NCBI GenBank assembly: GCA_964531645.1
Contig: CAZHEF010000002.1
Location: 8,171-72,170 of the forward strand
Reading direction: 5' to 3'
Length of the DNA: 64,000 bases
From: an uncultured Clostridia bacterium
GTDB taxonomy: Bacteria; Acidobacteriota; Aminicenantia; JBFLYD01; JBBIMS01
Under the pieces are notes generated by a model. The model searched no databases and was not told the origin of the DNA. It saw only the letters and a list, made by a program, of their open reading frames with translations. Positions 49,603 to 58,851 of the stretch are shown here, piece by piece (position 1 is the stretch's first letter; every line of letters begins with the position of its first letter). Made by a program: the position numbers and the translations under genes.

Positions 49603-50460
49603 TTAAAAATCTATTCCAATTATATTTCTCAATCCAAGACCTATCAAGAAGGAAATAAGTGCAACTCCGAAACTGATTGCAATCATTTCAAGAAATCTCT
49701 TCTTAAAATTGAGCTCTTTTGTTACTGAGACGAAAAATGTAAAAATTAATATTATGATTACAACATTTATTAAAGAAAAAAGTAATGCAATTAAATATTT
49801 CTTTAAGATAAAGAAAGGTAGGACAAGAAGAAAAACTGCAATAATATAAGCAATACCAGTATAAATGGATGCTTTAAAAGGATTATTATCCCCTTCTGAT
49901 TTCTTAGATAAATATTCCGATGACATCATGGAAAGGGATGCGGATATTCCTGTTATTAGACCAGCTATTCCCACTACCTGAGTTTTCTGGAGAGCAAAAG
50001 AAAGACCTGCAAGAGCCCCTGTTAACTCAACAAGAGCATCGTTCACTCCAAGAACCATTGCGCCTATATAATGGAGCCTTTCTTCATTTATCATGGATAT
50101 AAGTTCCTTTTCGTGCTCCTCTTCCTCCTCCAGAATTGTTTTAACTTCCGGAAGTCTTTCAAGAAGTAAGAAGTAATTTTTCTGTGCTTTTTCTTCGTTC
50201 CTCTCCATAATTTTAATTGTGAAGGTCAAGCCAAAGACTCTAAAAATTAAAGAGTAGAAAGATATTATAAAGTTGTTAGGTCTTAAATCTTTATTTGAAT
50301 ATCCTTTCCATTTCTGATAATGATTGAGCTCGTCATCTGCGATCCTCTCAAGGATTTTCTTGTTTTCATCGTTCGCAAATTTTGAGAGTTTTTTATATAA
50401 ATAGTGCTCGGTTAATTCTCTCTTTTGAAAACTGAATATTAAATCTTCTATTTTCTTCAT
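49603..50460 (-). CDS. Ferritin-like (rubrerythrin-type) domain fused to VIT1/CCC1 iron transporter domain
   Basis: N-terminal E-x-x-H di-iron-type helices (LTEHYLYKKL...ADDELNHYQKW). C-terminal VIT1 region (GAMVLGVNDALVELTGALAGLSFA) with several TM helices. Confidence 0.65.
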   Translation of the reverse strand: MKKIEDLIFSFQKRELTEHYLYKKLSKFANDENKKILERIADDELNHYQKWKGYSNKDLRPNNFIISFYSLIFRVFGLTFTIKIMERNEEKAQKNYFLLLERLPEVKTILEEEEEHEKELISMINEERLHYIGAMVLGVNDALVELTGALAGLSFALQKTQVVGIAGLITGISASLSMMSSEYLSKKSEGDNNPFKASIYTGIAYIIAVFLLVLPFFILKKYLIALLFSLINVVIIILIFTFFVSVTKELNFKKRFLEMIAISFGVALISFLIGLGLRNIIGIDF

Positions 50461-50584
50461 TTCTTTGCTCCAATATTATAATTTTAGAAAAAATATACTA
50501 TAGTTTGAGGAACAAATCCATTTTTCCCCGCATGCCTTAAAATCTGATATAATAAATATTTGAACTTTTTTGAAGGAGGAATAA

Positions 50585-51958
50585 TTGATAGAGAAAATTT
50601 TAAAATTAATTGAGAAAGAAAATATTAAAGCTGTTGATTTAAAATTTTGCGACCTTCCTGGAAGATGGCATCATGTAACAATTCCATCAGAGCTCCTTAC
50701 CGAAGAGCTTTTTGAAAAGGGGGTTGGATTTGACAGTTCCAATTTTCCTGGATTCAGAGGAGTTGAGGAAGGTGATATGAACCTTATTCCAGACCCTGAA
50801 ACAGCTTTTCTCGATCCATTCTGTGGAGAAAAAACCCTCAGTCTTATATGTTACATCTCTGATTCTGGCAGTAAAAAACCTTTCAGAAAAGACCCGCGCT
50901 TCATTGCGAAAAAGGCGGAGGAGTATCTTTTAAGTACTGGAATAGCAGAAAAAAGTATCTGGGGACCGGAATACGAATTTTACATATTTGATAATCTTGA
51001 TTTTTCAAACTCTCCAATGAACACATTTGTTAAAATAAGTTCTTTTGAGGCAAGGACAGATGGGAATCCGGAAATATCGTGGTCAATAAAGCTCAAAGGT
51101 GGTTACCATGCTATCCAGCCGTATGACAGATATTATGAGATTAGAGAAGAGATTGTTAGATTGCTTTCGGAAAGTGGTATTTCCATAAAGTATCATCACC
51201 ATGAGGTGGGAGCCCCTGGGCAGGAGGAGATTGAAGTGGGGCACCATGAAATGGTAAAGTCTGGTGACTGGGGGATGATGGTTAAATACTTTGTGAGAAA
51301 TGTTTCAAAGAAATTTGGCAAATTCGTTTCTTTCCTTCCAAAACCTCTATATAATGAAGCGGGAAATGGACTCCATTTTCACCAGTATCTGGTGAAAGAG
51401 GGAAAGTCTATTTTTTATGACCCTGATGGTTTTATGGGATTAAGTGAAACAGGTCTTTACTACATTGGCGGTCTCCTTTATCACTCATTTGCTCTCTCCG
51501 CCTTCACAAATCCATCCACAAACTCTTATAAAAGATTAGTTCCAGGCTTTGAAGCCCCGACGAGGGCATTTTTTGATGTTGCCAATAGAACAGCTGCAAT
51601 TAGAATTCCAAAAAATACATCCCCGATTACCATGAGAATTGAATACAGACCACCGGATGCAACATGCAATATTTACCTTGCAATGACAGCACAGCTTCTT
51701 GCAGGATTGGATGGTATTTTGAATAAAATAGATCCAATTTCTTCAGGGTTTGGTCCTGAAAAAGGAGAGTATAAGTCACTTCCATTCTCACTTTCAGAGG
51801 CTATAAATTCTCTCAGGAATGATTACAAATTCCTTTTTCAGGGAGATGTTTTTACTGAGGATCTAATACATTTCTGGATTGAATTTAAAGAAAAAGAGAT
51901 TGCAGAAATTTCAAGAAGGCCACTTCCCATTGAGTTTGAGATTTACAACGATATTTAA
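50585..51958 (+). CDS. glnA: Glutamine synthetase
   Basis: GS beta-grasp N-domain (KAVDLKFCDLPGRWHHVTIP) and catalytic domain (HHHEVGAPGQEEIE, NPYLA-like). Apparent TTG start at 50585, 7 nt after AAGGAGG. Confidence 0.8.
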   Translation: MIEKILKLIEKENIKAVDLKFCDLPGRWHHVTIPSELLTEELFEKGVGFDSSNFPGFRGVEEGDMNLIPDPETAFLDPFCGEKTLSLICYISDSGSKKPFRKDPRFIAKKAEEYLLSTGIAEKSIWGPEYEFYIFDNLDFSNSPMNTFVKISSFEARTDGNPEISWSIKLKGGYHAIQPYDRYYEIREEIVRLLSESGISIKYHHHEVGAPGQEEIEVGHHEMVKSGDWGMMVKYFVRNVSKKFGKFVSFLPKPLYNEAGNGLHFHQYLVKEGKSIFYDPDGFMGLSETGLYYIGGLLYHSFALSAFTNPSTNSYKRLVPGFEAPTRAFFDVANRTAAIRIPKNTSPITMRIEYRPPDATCNIYLAMTAQLLAGLDGILNKIDPISSGFGPEKGEYKSLPFSLSEAINSLRNDYKFLFQGDVFTEDLIHFWIEFKEKEIAEISRRPLPIEFEIYNDI

Positions 51959-52003
51959 TGATTGACTTTACTTCAAAACTCTTGCAAAGTATAAAATGTT
52001 TTT

Positions 52004-53929
52004 TTGCTGAAGGATTTCATGAAAAAAACATTTCTGCTTTCATTGATTCTCGTCCTGACAATAGGAATATTTTATCTTTCAACTATTAATGATGGTAGAG
52101 ATTTTTCAGGAGATACTGCAAAATTCCAGTTTGCAGGTAAAATTTTAGGAATCATTCATCCTCCTGGTTACCCTAACTATTTAATTTTAAACCATATCTT
52201 TGGGAAAATCTTCCCTTTTGGAAGTCTTGCCTTTAAAGCGAATCTGCTATCTTCAATTTTTTCAATATTAGCTTCTTTCTTTCTTTTTAGGATTCTTTTA
52301 CTGCTTGGAATAGGAAAATTATCATCCTTTATAACAACCATTACATTCTCTTTAACTTTTACCCTTTGGTCCCAATCAATCTATGCTGAAGTTTACACTT
52401 TGAATATTTTATTTTTTGCTTTAACAATCTATTTCTTTTTAAAATGGCATCTTAAAAAGAAGGATAAATTTCTAATTTATGGATGCTTAATATATTCCCT
52501 CTCCTTTGGAAATCATCTTTCAATGATAACTCTCCTACCAGCCATTTTTTACTTAACATTGATTACAGATAGGAAGCTCTTTTTTGATTGGAAGAAGATT
52601 TTGATTGTTGCCTCTTTTATAATATTAGGGGCTCTACAATATTCTTATATATTTTTAAGGAACAAATCCTCAATATATGCTGAAATGCCAATTGAAAATT
52701 TTAAATCTTTTTTCTGGTTTGTTACAGGCGGTTGGTTTAAGTCAAAATTTTTCAGTTTTTCCATTGAGGAGATTCTCATCTATTCTTTGCCGAGGTTTAT
52801 CTACTATCTTTTCAGAGAATTTCTTTTCCTCATTCCCATTCCATTTCTTGGTTTCTTTAGATTTAAAAAGGAGATAAAAATTTTCTTCTTTCTTTCTATC
52901 TTAGGAAATATAATTTTAGGACTCAATTACGAGATTGGGGATGTTTATATTTATTATTTACCTTCATATTTTGTCCTTTGGGTTTTAATGGGTAAAGGAA
53001 TTGAATGGATTTCAAAAAAATTCTTTGAAAAAAAATTGGTTTTTAAAACCTTTTGTGGAGCAATAATTCCCATGTTATTTTTTTCAATTAATTACCCTTT
53101 TATAAAAAAGTGCAGGGATTTTGAGAGAGATAGAAGGGCAAAAGAAATTCTTACAAAGATTGATAATGATTCAATCATATTAACCACGGATTACAGGACA
53201 TACGAATTTCTTTTATACTTTCTTATTGGAGAAGGAAAATACAGAGAGAAGAATGCCAATGTCGAGTTCTGCAATTCCATTGAAGAGATCAGAATTTATC
53301 TTTGTGACAATTATCCCCTTTATTCTTTACATTTTAGAAGGAACATTCCTGCAGGAAGAAATGTATATTTTGTGAAATCAAAATATCTATCTACTTTTAA
53401 AAAAAGCGGATTGAAAATTTCAAATTTTTATGGTGAGCTTTACAAGATTGAGTGCAAAAAAAGAAATGTGCCAAAAAGGCCTTTTTTTCTTGTTGAGTAT
53501 CCACTAAAAGATACTCTCTCCTTTACATTTCATGCCAGCAAAAGAATTGATTATAAAATTGATTTGAAAGAAGATGCTCAAACAATTGAGATAAAAGGAA
53601 TGGCAAAAATCTCCGGGCATGAGGAAAGGGAGAGTAAAATATTTGTGGTTTTTAAATCAGACAAAAAAAGTTATGTTTTTGATAATCTCAATGAAAATTC
53701 CCATGATTCATTTTTTGTGAAAGTTCCAAAGAATGAAATTGAAAGGGATTTTTACAGAATTGGAATTTTTATTAAGGGAAGAAAGCTGGAGTCTTTATGG
53801 TTTACAGATAAGTCTTATGGAGTTCCTGTTTTTCATGATTATAAAAAAGAGAGACTCAGAATTATAAAATCAAAATATAGAAAGAAGATGGAAACCGTGA
53901 AAGAATATTTATTAAAGAAATTTTTATGA
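52004..53929 (+). CDS. GT-C fold membrane glycosyltransferase, DUF2723/TMEM260-like
   Basis: N-terminal D-x-x-x-F...G...HPPGYP motif in the first periplasmic loop, ~11 TM helices, C-terminal soluble domain. Confidence 0.55.
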   Translation: MLKDFMKKTFLLSLILVLTIGIFYLSTINDGRDFSGDTAKFQFAGKILGIIHPPGYPNYLILNHIFGKIFPFGSLAFKANLLSSIFSILASFFLFRILLLLGIGKLSSFITTITFSLTFTLWSQSIYAEVYTLNILFFALTIYFFLKWHLKKKDKFLIYGCLIYSLSFGNHLSMITLLPAIFYLTLITDRKLFFDWKKILIVASFIILGALQYSYIFLRNKSSIYAEMPIENFKSFFWFVTGGWFKSKFFSFSIEEILIYSLPRFIYYLFREFLFLIPIPFLGFFRFKKEIKIFFFLSILGNIILGLNYEIGDVYIYYLPSYFVLWVLMGKGIEWISKKFFEKKLVFKTFCGAIIPMLFFSINYPFIKKCRDFERDRRAKEILTKIDNDSIILTTDYRTYEFLLYFLIGEGKYREKNANVEFCNSIEEIRIYLCDNYPLYSLHFRRNIPAGRNVYFVKSKYLSTFKKSGLKISNFYGELYKIECKKRNVPKRPFFLVEYPLKDTLSFTFHASKRIDYKIDLKEDAQTIEIKGMAKISGHEERESKIFVVFKSDKKSYVFDNLNENSHDSFFVKVPKNEIERDFYRIGIFIKGRKLESLWFTDKSYGVPVFHDYKKERLRIIKSKYRKKMETVKEYLLKKFL

Positions 53930-55380
53930 GGGAAAGAGAATATAAAACACTCAGACTTTCGATTCTTATTCTTATAATTATTTTTGGTTCATTTCTCAGG
54001 TTTTATAAAATCGAAAAGGAATCCCTCTGGAATGATGAGCTTGCAAGCTGGGAGAGGAGCAATCAGGATAGTCTTAATAAAGTTCTATCTTTAGCTCGTT
54101 CTGATGTCCATCCTCCTGGTTATCAAATTTTGCTTTATTTTGTTATTGGATTTCTCGGAGATTCGGAGTTCTGGCTGAGATTTCCATCCGCAATTGCGGG
54201 AATAGTTTCAATACTTTTTATTTATTTAATTGGAAGGAAAATTTATTCAGAATGGGAAGGACTAATTTCAGCAGCTCTGATGGCAATTTTGTGGTTTCCA
54301 ATTTACTACAGTCAGGAAGCAAGAGCTTACTCTTTTCTTCTTCTGTTCTCTATGCTCTCCTTCTATTTCTGGATTATTGTTCTTGAAGAGTTCAGGAAAG
54401 GGGAAATCGACCTTATCAATTCTTTTTTCTTTGTTTTATTCTCAACCATAACATGCTATCTTCACTACTTCGGTCTTCTTTTTGTTGTTCTCCAAAGTAT
54501 CGGAACATTTTTAATGTTTTTCAGAAGAAAAAAGATTCTGACTTTCCTTTTTTTGTACACAATAATTCTTATTCTTTATATTCCATGGATCCCTTCAATG
54601 CTTGAGCAATTCGGCAGGGAAGATATCTGGATAAAGAAAGAATGGGTGCTCCGAACAATTTCTTTTATCTATCATTTCTTTAACAAATCAAAAATCCTTT
54701 TCCCTTTAGTTTTGATTCTTTATTTTTTCTATCCCTTAATAAATTTTATTAAAAATCTTAAAGAAAAAAGAGAATTAAAAATTGGATTTTCTTTTTATAC
54801 TTTCCTTTTAATTCTCTGGCTAATTTTGCCTTTTCTAATAACATTTATAAAATCTTTAGTTTCAACACCAGTCATAACCATAAGGAATATTATAATCTCT
54901 CTTCCGCCTGCTTATCTTCTCCTTTCCCGTTCCATCACCCAGCTAAAAATAAAAGCAATTTTTAAAACTTTTATAATTTTTTTTCTATTTGCATTTTCTA
55001 TTTTTCATCTTTTTTTTGTAATGAATTATTATTCAAAACCTTACAAGGAACAGTTCCGAGAAGCTGTCTACTTTATTGTTGACAACTACAATCTTCTTGA
55101 TAATTCTTTGATACTCGGATATGCGTGGAGCAAAGAACATCTGAATTATTATTTCAGAAAAAGAGGTTTTGACAAAGGTGTTGAATATATTTTGGGTGAG
55201 AAAGAAGATATTCAAAAATTTGAAAGAATTATTTCGGATAGACAACAAGAGTATCTATGGTTTATTAGAGCTCACAGAGTTCCAAGCCCTGAATTTACAA
55301 ACTACCTGAAAGACAATTTCAATTTACTACTTCACAAAAGTTTTATTGAATGTGATGTCTGGCTTTTTAAGATAGATTAG
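53926..55380 (+). CDS. GT-C fold membrane glycosyltransferase, GT39/ArnT/PMT-like
   Basis: VHPPGYQILLYFVIGFLGDSEFWLRFPSAIAGIVSILFIYLIGRKI matches the ArnT/PMT first-loop and TM2-3 region. Polytopic. Start overlaps the upstream gene's stop (ATGA). Confidence 0.6.
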   Translation: MREREYKTLRLSILILIIIFGSFLRFYKIEKESLWNDELASWERSNQDSLNKVLSLARSDVHPPGYQILLYFVIGFLGDSEFWLRFPSAIAGIVSILFIYLIGRKIYSEWEGLISAALMAILWFPIYYSQEARAYSFLLLFSMLSFYFWIIVLEEFRKGEIDLINSFFFVLFSTITCYLHYFGLLFVVLQSIGTFLMFFRRKKILTFLFLYTIILILYIPWIPSMLEQFGREDIWIKKEWVLRTISFIYHFFNKSKILFPLVLILYFFYPLINFIKNLKEKRELKIGFSFYTFLLILWLILPFLITFIKSLVSTPVITIRNIIISLPPAYLLLSRSITQLKIKAIFKTFIIFFLFAFSIFHLFFVMNYYSKPYKEQFREAVYFIVDNYNLLDNSLILGYAWSKEHLNYYFRKRGFDKGVEYILGEKEDIQKFERIISDRQQEYLWFIRAHRVPSPEFTNYLKDNFNLLLHKSFIECDVWLFKID

Positions 55381-55383
55381 CTT

Positions 55384-56811
55384 TTACTCTTTTGGAAGTG
55401 GTAACTCCTTTACTTCGCCAAGATTAAGAGTTTTGAGCTGGTTTTCAATTTCTACTTTTTTCCCAACCACAAGAATCACAAGATCCTCTGGATGGATTGT
55501 TCTCTTTGCCATTTCAAGAACTTTATTTTCATTGACTTTCATAATTCTTGGAATATAAGTTTCAAGATAATTGTCAGGAAAACCTTGAAGTTTTAGGGAG
55601 ATAAATTCGTTAAGAACAGCAATTGCAGAGCCAAACCTGTGAACAAAGGAGTTCTGCTCGTATTTCTTTGCTAGTTCAATCTCTTCAGAACTAACAGGAT
55701 TTTTAATTATATCCACCATTATCTCTTTCATAGTGGAAATAGCTTCTCCAACAGATTGATTTTTTGTCATGCAGAAGTTGAAAAATGTGCCGAGGTCCCT
55801 TCCTGCTCCAACCATACCATATGTTGAGTAAGCAAGTCCCTTGTGGGAACGAACCTCTCTCATCAATCTTGAATTAAATCCTCCTGTCCCATATATAAAA
55901 TTCAGAACATTTATTTCAACATTTTCAGGGTCAAGTCTGTTAATTCCAAGATGCCCCATGCATATTACTGCTTGGGTCATGTCTTCCTTATTTATTATGT
56001 AAACACCAGGTTTTGAAGCAAGAGAAGCTTTTGGCAGAGCAAGTTTCTTTGAAGGGTTCCCTTTCCAGTTTTTAAAACTATCTTTCAGAATGGGAAGAAT
56101 TTTTTTCAGCTCAAAATCTCCTGCAAGAGCAATTGTAAGCTCAAGATTCTTAATGTTATCTTCGTAAAACTTTTTCACATCATCAAGGGTTATTTGATTG
56201 ATACTTTCTGTTGTCGTTCTTCTTACATCAGGAAAATCCTTTCCATAAGCAAGCTCCGAAAATAGAAGCCTTCCAGTAATCATTGGATTGTCCCATCTTC
56301 TTCTAATTGATTCGAGCTCTCTTTTCTTTTCAACATCAAATCTCTCTTTATCAAAAGAAGGGTTATAAATAATATCCGTAAGAATTTTCCAGGTTTCTTC
56401 AAAGTTCTTTTTCAATGCCCATAATCTTATTGATGAGAATTCTGTTCCTGGAGACATTACAATTGATGAGCCAAGATAGTCAAGCTTTTCTTCAAGTTTC
56501 TCGGGTGGGAAGTTCTTAGTCGTTCCACTCTTCATCAATCGGAATGTTATGGATGCAAGACCTTCTTTCCCTTTCGGGTCCTGTAAACTTCCTGTTTTTA
56601 AAATCAACAATACACTGATTGTCGGATTCTCATTGTCCACTTTGTGATAGAGGTCAATTCCCTTTTTGATTTTTATAAAATCTGGTTTAACAGGTTTGAA
56701 TACAAGGTCTTTGAATTTTAATTGCTTTGGGTCTTTCTGAGAATAAGAAGGAACAGAAAACAAAATTGAGAATATCAGAAACAAAACAAAAAATTTTAAT
56801 TCTCTTTTCAT
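55384..56811 (-). CDS. M16 family peptidase, non-catalytic (no HxxEH) partner subunit, secreted
   Basis: Signal peptide. Insulinase fold blocks present, but the zinc motif is replaced (ITFRLM). Confidence 0.7.
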   Translation of the reverse strand: MKRELKFFVLFLIFSILFSVPSYSQKDPKQLKFKDLVFKPVKPDFIKIKKGIDLYHKVDNENPTISVLLILKTGSLQDPKGKEGLASITFRLMKSGTTKNFPPEKLEEKLDYLGSSIVMSPGTEFSSIRLWALKKNFEETWKILTDIIYNPSFDKERFDVEKKRELESIRRRWDNPMITGRLLFSELAYGKDFPDVRRTTTESINQITLDDVKKFYEDNIKNLELTIALAGDFELKKILPILKDSFKNWKGNPSKKLALPKASLASKPGVYIINKEDMTQAVICMGHLGINRLDPENVEINVLNFIYGTGGFNSRLMREVRSHKGLAYSTYGMVGAGRDLGTFFNFCMTKNQSVGEAISTMKEIMVDIIKNPVSSEEIELAKKYEQNSFVHRFGSAIAVLNEFISLKLQGFPDNYLETYIPRIMKVNENKVLEMAKRTIHPEDLVILVVGKKVEIENQLKTLNLGEVKELPLPKE

Positions 56812-56829
56812 TTTTTCCTCTCCATAAAA

Positions 56830-58323
56830 TTATTTAACCTTTTCTTTCCTTAACAAAATACCAACAGTCCTGTTATTCTCACTGAAATATTTTTTAGCAA
56901 CATCCATAATATCTTGAGGAGTTATCTTCCTCATCTCAGCAACTCTCTTGAAATCAGCATCTATATCGTTAAAGAGCAAGATATTTCTCAAAAGTCTCAT
57001 GGCAAGAAAGACATTCTCAGCAAATCCGATGGATCTGTAAAGAGAAGCCTCAGCCTGATTAACAACTTTTTCAATTTCTTCTTTCGGAACAGGTTCAGTT
57101 TTAAGCTTTTCGAGATGTTCATAGATTGCTTTTTCAAGTTCCTCTGGTGTATGGGGGTGTCTTGGAAGGCAGTAAATTGAAAATAGAGATGGGTATCTAA
57201 CCCCAGGGTCATTTAGATATGTTACAATATTAAGTGCCATTTTCCTATTTACAATAAGGTCTCTCCTGAGTCGTGATGAATCTCCTCTGCTGAGAATATA
57301 GCTTATCACTTCGAGAACAATGTTGTCCTTTTCAAACCATGATGGAGCATGGAAACCAATTTTAATTCTCGGCTCTGCTTCAAACTTAACAGTTACTCTC
57401 CTTTCTCCTTTCTGAGGAGGTTCAATAAACTCAGGTCTCGGAGGTTCTGGTCCTGAAGGGATGTCTCCAAAATATTCTTCCGCAAGCCTTTTCACTTCTT
57501 CAAATTTTACATCTCCTACAATTCCTGCAACCATGTTGTTAGGGATATAAAATCTTTTGTAAAAGTTCAAAGCTTTGTCTTTTGTTAATGTTAGAAGATC
57601 TTCCATGTGTCCAACAACTGAATGACGATAGGGATGAAGGATAAAAGCAACATTGTAAAATTCTTCATCAAGGAAGCCATCAGGATTATTATCTTCATAC
57701 ATTCTCCTTTCCTCACAAACAACATCTCGTTCTGAATAGAATTCTCTGAAGGAAGGGTATTTGAATCTTTCTGATTCGATAAGGAACCATAGTTCGAGTC
57801 TGTTGGAAGGTAGCATTACAAAGTATTGGGTAGTGTCATTGCTTGTGCTTGCATTTAAAAATTCACCACCATTTTCAGAGTAAATCTTGTCAATCTCATC
57901 TTTAAACACAAATTTTCTGTGTTCATTTTGTAATTTAGACAGTTCAGCTATCAGATCCGCAATTTTCTTGCTGTCTGCTAATTTGCCTTTAGAGTATTCC
58001 TTCGCAAGCTCATCGCCTATTTTATCCATTTCATCAAGGATAACCTTTTCTTTCTCCCAATCTTTTGAACCAATCACCGGTGTTCCCTTGAAAGCCATGT
58101 GTTCGAAGAAATGGGCAATCCCTGTCTCACCTTTTCCCTCATCCACACTTCCTACTTTAACCATTATCATTCCTGCAAATGTCGAAACCTGATGTCTTTC
58201 AAGGATAAAGAACCTCATCCCGTTTGAAAGGGTGAAACTTTTGACTTTACCTGAAAATCCTTCCCCGAGAATGAACGGGGAAAGAATAAGAAAGAAAATT
58301 AGCGGGAAAATAAGCCTTTTCAT
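56830..58323 (-). CDS. M16 family zinc peptidase (pitrilysin-like), catalytic subunit, secreted
   Basis: Inverted zinc-binding motif HFFEH (GIAHFFEHMAFKGT). Signal peptide. GGAGG RBS. Confidence 0.85.
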   Translation of the reverse strand: MKRLIFPLIFFLILSPFILGEGFSGKVKSFTLSNGMRFFILERHQVSTFAGMIMVKVGSVDEGKGETGIAHFFEHMAFKGTPVIGSKDWEKEKVILDEMDKIGDELAKEYSKGKLADSKKIADLIAELSKLQNEHRKFVFKDEIDKIYSENGGEFLNASTSNDTTQYFVMLPSNRLELWFLIESERFKYPSFREFYSERDVVCEERRMYEDNNPDGFLDEEFYNVAFILHPYRHSVVGHMEDLLTLTKDKALNFYKRFYIPNNMVAGIVGDVKFEEVKRLAEEYFGDIPSGPEPPRPEFIEPPQKGERRVTVKFEAEPRIKIGFHAPSWFEKDNIVLEVISYILSRGDSSRLRRDLIVNRKMALNIVTYLNDPGVRYPSLFSIYCLPRHPHTPEELEKAIYEHLEKLKTEPVPKEEIEKVVNQAEASLYRSIGFAENVFLAMRLLRNILLFNDIDADFKRVAEMRKITPQDIMDVAKKYFSENNRTVGILLRKEKVK

Positions 58324-58360
58324 AAAACCTCCTTAAAACAATTTAGTTTTTCCAGACTAA

Positions 58361-58470
58361 ATTTCAATGCAAAATGCAAAATGAAAAATATAAAAATGAT
58401 TCAAAAACCTGCATAAATGTGAAACTTTGAATTTTACATTTTGAAATTTGCAATTTTCTTTTTTAATTTT
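58361..58470. repeat. A/T-rich intergenic repeat family built on TTGCA/TGCAA half-sites (AATGCAAAATGCAAAATG ... TTGAAATTTGCAATTTT)
   Basis: Related copies at 10395..10430 (TTGAAATCTTCAATTTAAAATTTGCATTTTGCAATG), 11610..11655 (TTGAAATTTTCATTTTACAATTTGCAATGCAAAAATGCAAAG), 63321..63440 and 63201..63235 (GTCTTGCAAGTCTTGCATGTCTTGCAA). Confidence 0.5.
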
Positions 58471-58471
58471 C

Positions 58472-58792
58472 TTACCTGACAATTGAGCCATTGGGAACAT
58501 TTCTGTCAAAGAAGGGAATAACCGCCTTTCCTCCGACATCTGCAGCAAGGATCATCCCGTTTGATTCAATTCCTCTTATAACTGCGGGTTGGAGATTTTT
58601 TACTATTATTAATTTTTTGCCAATCAAAGTCTCAGGTAGATATTCCTTTGCAATTCCAGCAACGAGATTTCTCTTCTCATTCCCAATATCCACAACAAGT
58701 CTGAGAAGTTTTTCAGCTCCAGGAACTCTTTCAGCCTGAATTACCTCTCCAACAACCAATTCAACCTTTTTAAATTCCTCAAGAGTAATCAT
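58472..58792 (-). CDS. tRNA-binding protein, CsaA/EMAP (MetRS C-terminal-like) domain
   Basis: 106 aa. VGEVIQAERVPGAEKLLRLVVDIG...IVKNLQPAVIRGIESNGMIL is the OB-fold tRNA-binding domain signature. Confidence 0.8.
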   Translation of the reverse strand: MITLEEFKKVELVVGEVIQAERVPGAEKLLRLVVDIGNEKRNLVAGIAKEYLPETLIGKKLIIVKNLQPAVIRGIESNGMILAADVGGKAVIPFFDRNVPNGSIVR

Positions 58793-58851
58793 AAATCCTC
58801 CTCATCAATCAAAATTATTTTATTTTTTATTTCAAACATTATTAAATATTG

